Origin: an uncultured Halieaceae bacterium
Lineage (GTDB): Bacteria > Pseudomonadota > Gammaproteobacteria > Pseudomonadales > Halieaceae
Direction: 5' to 3'
Length of the DNA stretch: 59,441 bases
NCBI GenBank assembly: GCA_913048575.1
Contig: CAJWWJ010000001.1
Span: 1 to 59,441 of the forward strand
How positions within the stretch are numbered: the first letter of the stretch is position 1; each line of letters begins with the position of its first letter. The notes under the pieces are model-generated. The model did not search any database and had not been told where the DNA came from. It saw only the letters and a list, made by a program, of their open reading frames with translations. A program made the position numbers and the translations under genes. Positions 49,254 to 58,212 of the stretch are shown in pieces.

Positions 49254-51161
49254 ATGCCCCTATGCAAGCCTTTGCGCCACCTGCTAGCGATCTCACTCAT
49301 GACACTGATGTGTCCATTAACCGCTGTTGCAGAGGACGTACCTGAGCGGTCCCAGATTGCGGATCAATACAAGTGGGACCTGACTGATATGTATCGCAAT
49401 GCCAGTGCATGGGAGGATGACAAAGCCAAATTAATTGCCCTTTTGCCCAGCATTGCCGACTACCGAGGAAGACTGGGTAACGATGGCAGCACTTTGTTGG
49501 CGGCCATTGAGGCCATTCAAGCGGTGGAAACGATCGTTGCTAATCTGTATGTCTATGCCGGACTCAAAAATTTTGAAGACACCCGCATCTCTGTCAATGG
49601 TGCGCGTTTTTCAGAAGCGCAGGGTCTTTATTCTCAGTTTCAACAGGCCTTGGCTTTTTTCTCTCCGGAGCTCTTATCCATACCAGAGGACACACTCGCT
49701 CACTATGTGGCCACGACGCCCGGCCTCTCGATCTACGAGCACTATCTGGATGAAACGGCACGCATGCGCGCTTACACCCTGTCAGAGGCAGAGGAAAAGT
49801 TGCTGGCAATGGCCTCGGATCCACTCAGTAAGTTTGATAGCGTCTTCACAGCCATCGACAGCTCTGATTTACAGTTTGGTCGCATTGTCGATGAGGCAGG
49901 CGTCGAGGTCGAGCTCACCACCTCACGATACGGCGCCTTTTTACACTCAACGGATCGGCGGGTCCGAAAAGACGCCTGGACCCAGCTATTCGAGGGTTAC
50001 CAGACACTCAATCATACCCTTGCCGCCAACTACGAAGGGCACGTCAAAAGCCGCGTTTTTTTCGCACGCGCTCGGGGGTTTGACTCGCGACTGCAACAGG
50101 CCACTTACACCAATGCGATTCCCATCGAAGTCTTCAATAACCTGATCACTGCGGTGCGCGCCGGGAGTGGCCCCCTTCAACGCTATTTAAAGCTTCGAGA
50201 GAGCGCATTGGGCGTCGATCGTTTAGAGGTCTGGGATATGTACGCGCCCATTGTTGAGCCCAGCTTGGCCAATATCAGCTTTGATGAAGCAAAACATATT
50301 GTTGCTGAAGCACTGACCCCACTGGGAGATGAGTATCTCGATATTTACTGGAAAGGCTTTGATGAGGGCTGGGTGGATGCGCTCGCCAATCGAGGCAAGC
50401 GAGGCGGCGCTTACAGCTGGGGGACTTATACCTCCAAACCCTATTTATCAATGAACTTTGAAGGCACGTTGAACAATGTCTCTACCCTAGCCCATGAATA
50501 TGGCCATTCAATCCACAGCTATTTGACACGTAACACGCAGCCGCAGGTCTACGGGGATTACCGCACCTTCATCGCTGAGATCGCCTCCATGACCAATGAA
50601 GCTATTCTGATGCAGAAGATGCTGACAGAGGCCTCCTCCGCCGCCGAGCGTGCTTACTTACTCAGCTCCTATCTGGATGAATTTCGGGGTGGTTTTTATC
50701 GGCAAGCCTCCTTCGCGGATTTTGAGGCGCGCGCTCACGCCAAGGTAGAAGCAGGTGAAGCCCTCACCGCAGACGTCCTCAACGCACTGTACGCGGATGT
50801 GTTTTCAGACTATTACGGTGATGCGGTACATACTGACGACTTAAATCAAATTGAATGGAGTCGCATTCCTCACTTCTTGCGTGGCGACAATTTCTACGTC
50901 TATCAATACTCGACCTCTTTTGTTGCTGCCACCGCCTTAGCGAAACAAATTCTGGAAGAGGGCGAACCCGCTCGCAAACGGTATCTCGCCATGCTGAAGT
51001 CGGGTTCAAATGATTATCCGATCGAGTTATTGAAAAAAGCGGGCGTCGACATGACCTCAGCGGAACCCATTAAGGCAACCGTTGCTGTCTTTGACGATTT
51101 AGTGGGCCAGTTAGAGCAGGCGCTGCGCGATATGGCGGCGACCTCGGCCATTAAGCCCTGA
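49254..51161 (+). CDS. pepF: Oligoendopeptidase F (M3B) with signal peptide
   Basis: WDLTDMY, GKRGGAY, HEYGH zinc motif, AEIAS, WSRIPHF and FYVYQY; N-terminal signal ending AVA. Confidence 0.92.
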   Translation: MPLCKPLRHLLAISLMTLMCPLTAVAEDVPERSQIADQYKWDLTDMYRNASAWEDDKAKLIALLPSIADYRGRLGNDGSTLLAAIEAIQAVETIVANLYVYAGLKNFEDTRISVNGARFSEAQGLYSQFQQALAFFSPELLSIPEDTLAHYVATTPGLSIYEHYLDETARMRAYTLSEAEEKLLAMASDPLSKFDSVFTAIDSSDLQFGRIVDEAGVEVELTTSRYGAFLHSTDRRVRKDAWTQLFEGYQTLNHTLAANYEGHVKSRVFFARARGFDSRLQQATYTNAIPIEVFNNLITAVRAGSGPLQRYLKLRESALGVDRLEVWDMYAPIVEPSLANISFDEAKHIVAEALTPLGDEYLDIYWKGFDEGWVDALANRGKRGGAYSWGTYTSKPYLSMNFEGTLNNVSTLAHEYGHSIHSYLTRNTQPQVYGDYRTFIAEIASMTNEAILMQKMLTEASSAAERAYLLSSYLDEFRGGFYRQASFADFEARAHAKVEAGEALTADVLNALYADVFSDYYGDAVHTDDLNQIEWSRIPHFLRGDNFYVYQYSTSFVAATALAKQILEEGEPARKRYLAMLKSGSNDYPIELLKKAGVDMTSAEPIKATVAVFDDLVGQLEQALRDMAATSAIKP

Positions 51162-51351
51162 GTCACCATCGACTGATGCCGAACCATTGATAGCACGACA
51201 AAGCGGGATTGTTACCGAGAAACACCCCGCTACAAGGGTGAATTGAAGGGGGTCAACGCAGTATCATCTTTGGGACGCCTTGGGCTCCGTTCACAATGGT
51301 GGCCACAAGAGGAGCGTCAGCTTCACATTCACAAGCAAAATGAGGTAGACC

Positions 51352-52245
51352 ATGTCGGCAACAGACCAAGAGGCATCGGTTAGCAACAACCGATCCACCG
51401 CTCAGCCCCAGCGGGGCGTCAGCAGAGCGCAGAAACTGTTAATGGTGGCGCTGGTCTGTATTGTGACCGCTGGCGTGGTGGTCTTTACCGGCATCTGGCC
51501 TCAAGAAGACGCAGTGATTGTCGAGTCCGCCCCTATCGCGCCCGCACCGCCGGCGCCTCCCGTAGAAGAGCCCCCCCCCATCAGCATGCCAGAGCCTGCC
51601 ATCACTACCATTATCCCGACGGCTGAACCCGCGGTCGAACCGCTACCCTCTTTATTCGAAAGTGATGATGCCGTTCGAGACGCCCTTGCAGCGATACCAC
51701 TCGGTACCGTCGGACAGCAGTACCTCATGCCAAGCAGTATCATTGAGCGCAGCGCCAGCTTGGTCTATCTGACAGCGCAAGGAGATGTGCCTTATAAATT
51801 AGTGCCAATTGCCAGACCCAAGGCTTCATTCCCTATTGTCGACGATGGCACTCAGGTCGTCGCGGATCCAGAGGGCTTCGCGCGCTATGACTCCATCACC
51901 CGCTGGATAGAAAGCCTCGATGCGGCGGCGATCATTGACGCGTTCGCTCGCTTTTTGCCCCTGTTTAGGGAGGCATGGGGCTTTTACGGAGAAGATCCCG
52001 CCTACTTTGACCTAGCGGTAATAGAGACGCTGGATACGATCATTGCCACGCCAGAGATCGACATCACTGACGAGCGCCTTATTCGTAAAGAGGCTGTCTG
52101 GATTTATGAGAACCCTGCAATCGAGTCACTCGCGCCGATGCAAAAACAGATTTTGCGTATGGGCCCCAGTAACGCCTCAGCAATTAAGCAAAAAGCGATG
52201 CAAGTGAGGGCGTTATGGCTGACAACACTGGCTGAGCCTAGCTGA
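51352..52245 (+). CDS. DUF3014 membrane-anchored protein
   Basis: N-terminal TM segment, Pro-rich linker, LPSLFESD, ARYD and LAPMQKQILRMGP motifs. Confidence 0.8.
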   Translation: MSATDQEASVSNNRSTAQPQRGVSRAQKLLMVALVCIVTAGVVVFTGIWPQEDAVIVESAPIAPAPPAPPVEEPPPISMPEPAITTIIPTAEPAVEPLPSLFESDDAVRDALAAIPLGTVGQQYLMPSSIIERSASLVYLTAQGDVPYKLVPIARPKASFPIVDDGTQVVADPEGFARYDSITRWIESLDAAAIIDAFARFLPLFREAWGFYGEDPAYFDLAVIETLDTIIATPEIDITDERLIRKEAVWIYENPAIESLAPMQKQILRMGPSNASAIKQKAMQVRALWLTTLAEPS

Positions 52246-52358
52246 CGGCATCGCCTGCTACCGCCCAAGCGCTGGGCGCGCCTTGCCGCTCAGTCACGCA
52301 CTTTCACTCACGCAATAGGGCGTGTGGGAGAGAGAACCGCCTCAATCCAGCGCAATGC

Positions 52359-52886
52359 CTACCCCGGTGTCAGTTCGTCTGCGGTTGGGCCATCAAAAAC
52401 CAAGGCCTGACACACTTCAGCGTCAAATCCACGATATTGTAAAAACCGCATTCGCTTCGCCCTCTCGCGCTGACGCGCATCCCAGTCACCCATAATGGCG
52501 TCACCGTGATACTTTTTTTGATACGCACTCGCTGCTTCGGCATACCAGTCTATCGGGCCATCGAAGGCCGTTGCCAATGCTCTCGAAAGATAGCCCTCGA
52601 TGCCCTGCTGACGAAATGTTTCGGTAATGCGTCGAGGCCCATATCCACGACTCACTAACTGCCTGACGGTGGATAGGGCAAACCGCTCATCACTCAGCAG
52701 ACCCTCATCAGTCAGCGCAGTGAGCACGTCCAGAACCTGCTCATCTGAACAGGTTCGTCTTCGGAATCGCTGACGAAGTTTCACCAGCAGCTCTTGAGAG
52801 CCGTGCTCGCGCCTCGCCAAGAGGTCCATCGCGGCGAGCCGAAGCTCGCCAGACGTCACGGCCGGATGTTCTTCCTCAGAAACCAA
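52359..52886 (-). CDS. recX: Regulatory protein RecX
   Basis: AMDLLARREH, LSDERFA, GYGPRRI and RFLQYRGF; directly downstream of recA. Confidence 0.94.
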   Translation of the reverse strand: MVSEEEHPAVTSGELRLAAMDLLARREHGSQELLVKLRQRFRRRTCSDEQVLDVLTALTDEGLLSDERFALSTVRQLVSRGYGPRRITETFRQQGIEGYLSRALATAFDGPIDWYAEAASAYQKKYHGDAIMGDWDARQRERAKRMRFLQYRGFDAEVCQALVFDGPTADELTPG

Positions 52887-52900
52887 CCGGCACCCGCCGA

Positions 52901-53974
52901 TTAGGATTCAGCCGCACTGTCACCACTAGGCTCGACCGCAGCCACCTCGGCAACCTCGTTAGCCTCTGCCTCTACGACTGCAAGCGGGACCCCCATCATC
53001 TGATGCCGGATCTGATCCTCGATCTCCTTGGCAAGCGGTGGATTCTCCTTGAGGAAACGCGCCGCATTAGCCTTGCCTTGACCAATTTTCTCACCCTTGT
53101 AGGCATACCAGGCGCCAGACTTGTCGATCAGATTGAGTTTGACTCCCCAATCGATCACCTCGCCCATTTGATAAATGCCCACGCCATACATAATTTGAAA
53201 TTCCGCCTGTTTAAAGGGCGGCGAAACTTTATTTTTGACCACTTTTACGCGGGTCTCATTGCCCACGACCTCATCACCGTCTTTCACCGCGCCGATTCGA
53301 CGAATATCAAGGCGCACTGAAGAGTAAAATTTTAACGCGTTGCCGCCGGTGGTTGTTTCTGGGCTACCAAACATCACGCCAATTTTCATTCGAATCTGGT
53401 TGATAAAAATCACGAGACAATTGGTCTGCTTAATCGCACCTGTCAATTTGCGCATTGCCTGACTGAGTAATCGCGCCTGCAGGCCGACGTGTGAGTCACC
53501 CATTTCGCCCTCTATCTCCGCTTTTGGCGTCAACGCAGCCACCGAATCGACCACCAAAATATCGACGGCACCAGAACGCACTAACATCTCCGCCACCTCT
53601 AACGCCTGCTCACCGGTATCGGGCTGAGACATAATCAAGTCGTCGACTTGGACACCCAGCTTTTCCGCATACTGCGGATCTAAAGCGTGCTCTGCATCAA
53701 TGAAGGCAGCAGTGCCCCCTGCTTTTTGTGCCTCGGCAATCACTTGCAGTGTCAGCGTGGTTTTACCTGACGACTCCGGGCCATAAATCTCACAAATACG
53801 ACCCTTAGGAAGACCGCCAATGCCCAGCGCAATGTCCAGTCCTAGTGAGCCCGTCGAGATCGATGGGATGGCCACTCGCTCTTGGTCACCCATGCGCATG
53901 ACCGTTCCTTTTCCAAACTGGCGCTCAATCTGTGACAGCGCTGCGTCCAATGCTTTCTGCTTATTCTGATCCAT
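52901..53974 (-). CDS. recA: Recombinase RecA
   Basis: [24 protein letters not shown] and GGNALKFY motifs. Confidence 0.99.
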   Translation of the reverse strand: MDQNKQKALDAALSQIERQFGKGTVMRMGDQERVAIPSISTGSLGLDIALGIGGLPKGRICEIYGPESSGKTTLTLQVIAEAQKAGGTAAFIDAEHALDPQYAEKLGVQVDDLIMSQPDTGEQALEVAEMLVRSGAVDILVVDSVAALTPKAEIEGEMGDSHVGLQARLLSQAMRKLTGAIKQTNCLVIFINQIRMKIGVMFGSPETTTGGNALKFYSSVRLDIRRIGAVKDGDEVVGNETRVKVVKNKVSPPFKQAEFQIMYGVGIYQMGEVIDWGVKLNLIDKSGAWYAYKGEKIGQGKANAARFLKENPPLAKEIEDQIRHQMMGVPLAVVEAEANEVAEVAAVEPSGDSAAES

Positions 53975-54126
53975 GCTGTGCTCCTTTTATCTCTGTCTGG
54001 TCTCTCGGCCTGCTATCTCTGGCTGGCCCTCCGATCAGGACAGCAAGGTCGCTGCCGCTCAATCTTTGTGCCCTCGCTCCTATCAGAAAACGTTCAAATG
54101 AAGCCAAAACCGCTTTCAGAAAAGTA

Positions 54127-54142
54127 CTGTATATATAATCAG
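54127..54142. promoter_or_regulatory. LexA (SOS) box upstream of recA
   Basis: CTG-TATATATAAT-CAG fits CTG-N10-CAG with an AT-alternating core. Confidence 0.92.
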
Positions 54143-54263
54143 CTTTTTTGGATGCGAATGCAATGCAGTTTAGCGATCAATTTCAGCAGAAATAGTGTCG
54201 CAAAAGCCCACATGTCGCCTTTAACGACAGATGGCTGGGCTTCATCGGCGCCTAGGCAACCCC

Positions 54264-55040
54264 TCAGAGAAAGGCATCGCCTCCATTCGGGCTCAGACAC
54301 TGGCCCCGAAAATGTCCTGCAGCGTCGCTGGCGAGAAAAAGATAAGCCCCGACAATATCGTCAACCTCCGCGATCCGTCCCGCAGGAATATTCAGGCGAA
54401 TCCCCTCCAGCATCTCTTCCGGCACATCAGCGAGAATCGGCGTCATCGTCGCACCGGGTGCCACGCAATTGGCCGTAATCCCTCTGTCACCAATTTCAAG
54501 CGCCAGACTGCGCGTGAACGACAATATCGCGCCTTTGGCCGCGGTATAGTGGGAGAATCCTGGCGCGCCAATGTAGGCCAGCTGAGACGCTGTATTAATA
54601 ATACGCCCACAATTGCGGGGGTACATCAACTTCAATGCCGCCCGCGTGCACAGAAACGTGCCGCGGACATGGACTGCCATCAAGCGATCAAAATCGGACA
54701 CGGCCATCTCTTCAACCGGACTCGCATGGGCAATGCCAGCGTTATTGCAGAGGATATCGAGTCCATCAGCGGCAACGGCAGCGAACATGGACGCCACCTC
54801 AGCCTCGCTGCTGACATCAGCCTGTATCGCTGTCGCCTGGCCACCAGCCTCCTTGATGCCGGCAACGACCTCTTCTGCGGCGTCGGCGGTCGATGCGTCT
54901 GGGTGATTGACCCAGACCGAGGCACCGTTGGCCGCCAATGCAGCCGCTACGCCCGCGCCGATACCGGAGCTGGCGCCGGTCACCAATGCATATCGACCAC
55001 TCAGATTTGCGCGCAAATCTGAGTGGTCCATCGCTACCAT
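54264..55040 (-). CDS. Classical short-chain dehydrogenase/reductase
   Basis: TGASSGIG, NNAG, catalytic Ser (TASQ) and YTAAK. Start is 55040 or 55031. Confidence 0.92.
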   Translation of the reverse strand: MVAMDHSDLRANLSGRYALVTGASSGIGAGVAAALAANGASVWVNHPDASTADAAEEVVAGIKEAGGQATAIQADVSSEAEVASMFAAVAADGLDILCNNAGIAHASPVEEMAVSDFDRLMAVHVRGTFLCTRAALKLMYPRNCGRIINTASQLAYIGAPGFSHYTAAKGAILSFTRSLALEIGDRGITANCVAPGATMTPILADVPEEMLEGIRLNIPAGRIAEVDDIVGAYLFLASDAAGHFRGQCLSPNGGDAFL

Positions 55041-55354
55041 GTCACGCCACCCACCAATGACCCGGCGGCTAAGACCAGTCTCGACCACTCAATCTCCGCC
55101 CAAATACCGCAGCGAGCATAGGGGTCACCGTCGAGCCATGCCTTGGCCTGCTCTAAATCATCGGTGCGATAGGCGAGCAAACTGCCCACTATCCGGCTAC
55201 CCGACGGATCCTTCAAAGGACCAGCCATGGCAATGTGGTCCACAATCGCCTCGAGATGCGATAGATGCCCGGCCATGTATTCCTCACGCAGCTGCGGGAC
55301 ATCATCGTCCTCTCGATCAGTGCACTTCACCACCCACAAGTTTTCTCTTTCCAT
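55034..55354 (-). CDS. YciI family protein
   Basis: R...HL.HL, AGPL, GSLL and DPY motifs. Confidence 0.85.
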   Translation of the reverse strand: MERENLWVVKCTDREDDDVPQLREEYMAGHLSHLEAIVDHIAMAGPLKDPSGSRIVGSLLAYRTDDLEQAKAWLDGDPYARCGIWAEIEWSRLVLAAGSLVGGVTW

Positions 55355-55482
55355 TTTTCAGTACCCCACTATTGCCACCTAAGGCAGTCTCTCCCATGTA
55401 TTCACCCCGAGAACCTAATCACGACGAACCGCAGTGCTACTCGCCAACCCTTCTCAGTGCACCGTAACACTAAAATTCAAGC

Positions 55483-55508
55483 AAAAAAAAGCCGCCTTGG
55501 GGCGGCTT
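55483..55508 (-). terminator. Rho-independent terminator after the TonB-dependent receptor
   Basis: Minus strand GCCGCC-CCAA-GGCGGC followed by T8. Confidence 0.85.
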
Positions 55509-55533
55509 CATCTCGGCAATACGTCATCAAGTT

Positions 55534-57888
55534 TCAGAAACGATACTGAACTTCTGCACCAAAATAACGAGGACGGTTAATCGTACCGAAAGTCCACAGC
55601 CCTGGTACGTAATTAGGGGATGGATCTGTCGCCGAAGTCGCCGCATACGCCGCACTCACGTCCAGTGTGTGGTACCAATACGATTCATCGGTTAAGTTCT
55701 TGCCGAACAATGACACCCTCCAGTGCTCAGTCTCGAAATTGATTGAAGCATCCAGCAGGCCAAATGCCTCCTGCTTAGTGGGGTCGCTGCGATAGTGCTT
55801 AGGTCCACCCGCGTTTGATTGAATTTGATAGTTGTCCAACCATCGGTAATTGACGTTAGCCACCACAAACCCGACATCCGCTACCTCGATTTCCCAATTA
55901 GCACCCACAGAATAGTTGAGCTCAGGCGCACGTCGAAGATCGAATCCACTCTTATCTACGGAATTACCCACCGGGTCTAAGGTCGTGTAATCATCATACG
56001 AGGCATCGAGATAACCGAGCGCAGCATTCAAACTCAGTCCGGCAGTTGGCATCCAGACGAGTTCAAACTCAGCGCCTTCCATCGTAGCGCCGGCGGCATT
56101 CTGAACCAGCGTTAGGGTAATGGCGACGGGATCAGGCAACACCACATCTTCCTGCTTCTGCTCGTAATCGGTAGAGAAGAAAGAGCCATTAAATTGAACC
56201 GTGTTGTCAAGCCAGCTGGTCTTAAAACCAAATTCAATACTCTCCACATTCTCTGGCTCGTAGGGCCCCGCGTTACCGGGAGCACTGGCTCGCCCGTTGT
56301 AACCGCCAGATCGAAATCCCTCTGTGTAGCTAGCGTAAAGGATGCCGTTATCCATGTTGTAAGTCAGGCCTACCTTCGGCGTAAACTCACTCCAAGACTG
56401 ACTGCCATTGAACACATCGTCTTGACCTGTCACGGGATTCACAAAATTATTATTGATCACCCCATCCGACCAACTCGGGCACATGCTCGCCGTTCCATGT
56501 CCGAATAGTGGGACTTTAGCAATGCCATCGTAATCGGTAACAACGGCAGACTGACCTTCTCCGGGAGCGGCCGTAAACACCTGACAGAACTCTTTCTCGT
56601 CCTTCGTATAACGACCACCGAGAGTCAAGGTTAGGGTTTCGGTTAAATCAAAGTCGACTTGCCCAAACACTGACGTATTCTCAGTCTCTTGCTTAGTCCA
56701 GGGCGATGCGAACAATCCTCCAAAGAAATAACTGTTCTGCCAAAGGTTGTACTCGCTATCCCACATGAAGGCGCCTAGCGTGGTACGGAAACGATCGAAG
56801 TCCGATTCAAGCCGCAACTCAACGCTCATCTGCTCCTCGAATTGTGGACGGGATGTCCAGAACAAATCCGAAGACACCGCATCGAACTCCTGAATCGCGG
56901 TCTCTTCCATATCGCGAGTTCCGTAAATCAGGGTCGCTTTATGCGAATCATTGATCCGCCATTCCGCAGTCGCCGTGAAAGATTCCAGGTCTATGCTGGC
57001 AGGCTGATCCATCGCCGAATAGGTCACTCTGTGGGCGTCATCGTCGGTGAAAGCAGGACACTCGTTCGCGGGCGAAAGGGGAGGAGCAAGGAATTCAGGT
57101 GCTTCCGTTAGGCAGGTAACAGGCCTCGTAGGCGTGTCGTCCTGAACATCGTCATAGGTCAACTGCAGCGAAAAATTATCCGTGGGTTGCCATAACGCCG
57201 AAACAGACCACATCCGCATATCCGTCTCGCCCTGAGATTCGCCGCGTGTGGCGTTGTCAAAATAACCGCCACCAGAGAGATTCATGTAAGTCGCTTTGGT
57301 CGCAATATTGGCAAACTCGGGTAAATTCAAGGTGCCCTTAAAGTCAGACTGGCTGTCTTCTGCAACGGTGTAAGAAAACTTTCCACCTAATTCGCCAGTC
57401 GGCTTACTTCTGATCACATGTATTAGGCCACCAATCGTATTCCGTCCGAACAGCGTCCCCTGAGGGCCACGCAGCACCTCGATCCGTTCGGCGTCCCACA
57501 CGTTCAACAGCGCGCCGGTCGTGGTTTGGAGGTATACGCCATCCTGATAAACCGCTACCGCGGGGTCAAAACTTTTTTCTACGTCGTTGAGCTGCATACC
57601 GCGAATTGAGATCGCCGCGGTACCGTTCCCTAATATCGGCGTGAGCACCAGATTGGGTGTTTTACCGGTTACGTCTGTCAGATCCCTGGCAAATATTTTC
57701 TCGATTGCCGATTCATCCAGTGCAGTGACCGCGACAGGCACATCCTGCAGGTTCTGCTCACGGTGCTGAGCCGTGACGACCACTTCCTCGATCTGACCGG
57801 ATATCTCTCTTTGAGCCGATGCCGAAGTGCTCAAGCCAACGCCGGCTATCGCCAGCATCACGGCCATATTTAAGGTGTTGTATTTCAT
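55534..57888 (-). CDS. TonB-dependent outer-membrane receptor
   Basis: Signal peptide, TonB box EEVVVTA, plug RIEVLRGPQGTLFGRN, GFRSGGYN and C-terminal YRF. GAGGAG RBS before ATG 57888. Confidence 0.95.
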   Translation of the reverse strand: MKYNTLNMAVMLAIAGVGLSTSASAQREISGQIEEVVVTAQHREQNLQDVPVAVTALDESAIEKIFARDLTDVTGKTPNLVLTPILGNGTAAISIRGMQLNDVEKSFDPAVAVYQDGVYLQTTTGALLNVWDAERIEVLRGPQGTLFGRNTIGGLIHVIRSKPTGELGGKFSYTVAEDSQSDFKGTLNLPEFANIATKATYMNLSGGGYFDNATRGESQGETDMRMWSVSALWQPTDNFSLQLTYDDVQDDTPTRPVTCLTEAPEFLAPPLSPANECPAFTDDDAHRVTYSAMDQPASIDLESFTATAEWRINDSHKATLIYGTRDMEETAIQEFDAVSSDLFWTSRPQFEEQMSVELRLESDFDRFRTTLGAFMWDSEYNLWQNSYFFGGLFASPWTKQETENTSVFGQVDFDLTETLTLTLGGRYTKDEKEFCQVFTAAPGEGQSAVVTDYDGIAKVPLFGHGTASMCPSWSDGVINNNFVNPVTGQDDVFNGSQSWSEFTPKVGLTYNMDNGILYASYTEGFRSGGYNGRASAPGNAGPYEPENVESIEFGFKTSWLDNTVQFNGSFFSTDYEQKQEDVVLPDPVAITLTLVQNAAGATMEGAEFELVWMPTAGLSLNAALGYLDASYDDYTTLDPVGNSVDKSGFDLRRAPELNYSVGANWEIEVADVGFVVANVNYRWLDNYQIQSNAGGPKHYRSDPTKQEAFGLLDASINFETEHWRVSLFGKNLTDESYWYHTLDVSAAYAATSATDPSPNYVPGLWTFGTINRPRYFGAEVQYRF

Positions 57889-58212
57889 AAACTGTCTCCT
57901 CATGAAGGGCGATTTTTTATAATAGAAACTAAAGGGCCCGTAGGTGCTCTGGCTGGGAAATTAACCGTCTTTCTTGCCAAAGTCGTGATAACAGGAAATC
58001 TCGTCGAGGTCAAATGTCCGGACGTTCCTTAAATGACTGCTCACTTGCCCCACAGGTTCATCACGCTCGAAAATGGCTGCAGCAAGCTCAGTCGTTCAAT
58101 AACGGTGGGGCAGCAATAGCATGGGTAATGTGGTGTGAAAGTGCCATACTACTTGAGCGGGCTCGACACCATAGCATCCACTTAGAATGAACCGATTAAA
58201 GGGGCGATGACA

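Noticed and set aside
49435-50145. 236-aa alternative-frame ORF inside pepF
   Set aside because: It is a shadow frame with Arg/Ser/Pro-rich composition typical of off-frame GC-rich sequence.
51162-51351. Possible riboswitch or sRNA between pepF and DUF3014
   Set aside because: Only imperfect hairpins (AGCGGG...CCCGCT) with no U-tract and no recognisable aptamer motif.
52246-52358. Hairpins between convergent DUF3014 and recX as REP elements
   Set aside because: The stems are imperfect, no second copy was noticed in the window, and there is no U-tract.
53978-54478. 166-aa plus-strand ORF across the recA promoter
   Set aside because: It overlaps the SOS box and the SDR, and has no recognisable domain or RBS.
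54231-55022. 263-aa plus-strand ORF antisense to the SDR
   Set aside because: Long antisense frames are a known by-product of SDR codon patterns. It has no motifs, while the minus-strand ORF has all SDR signatures.
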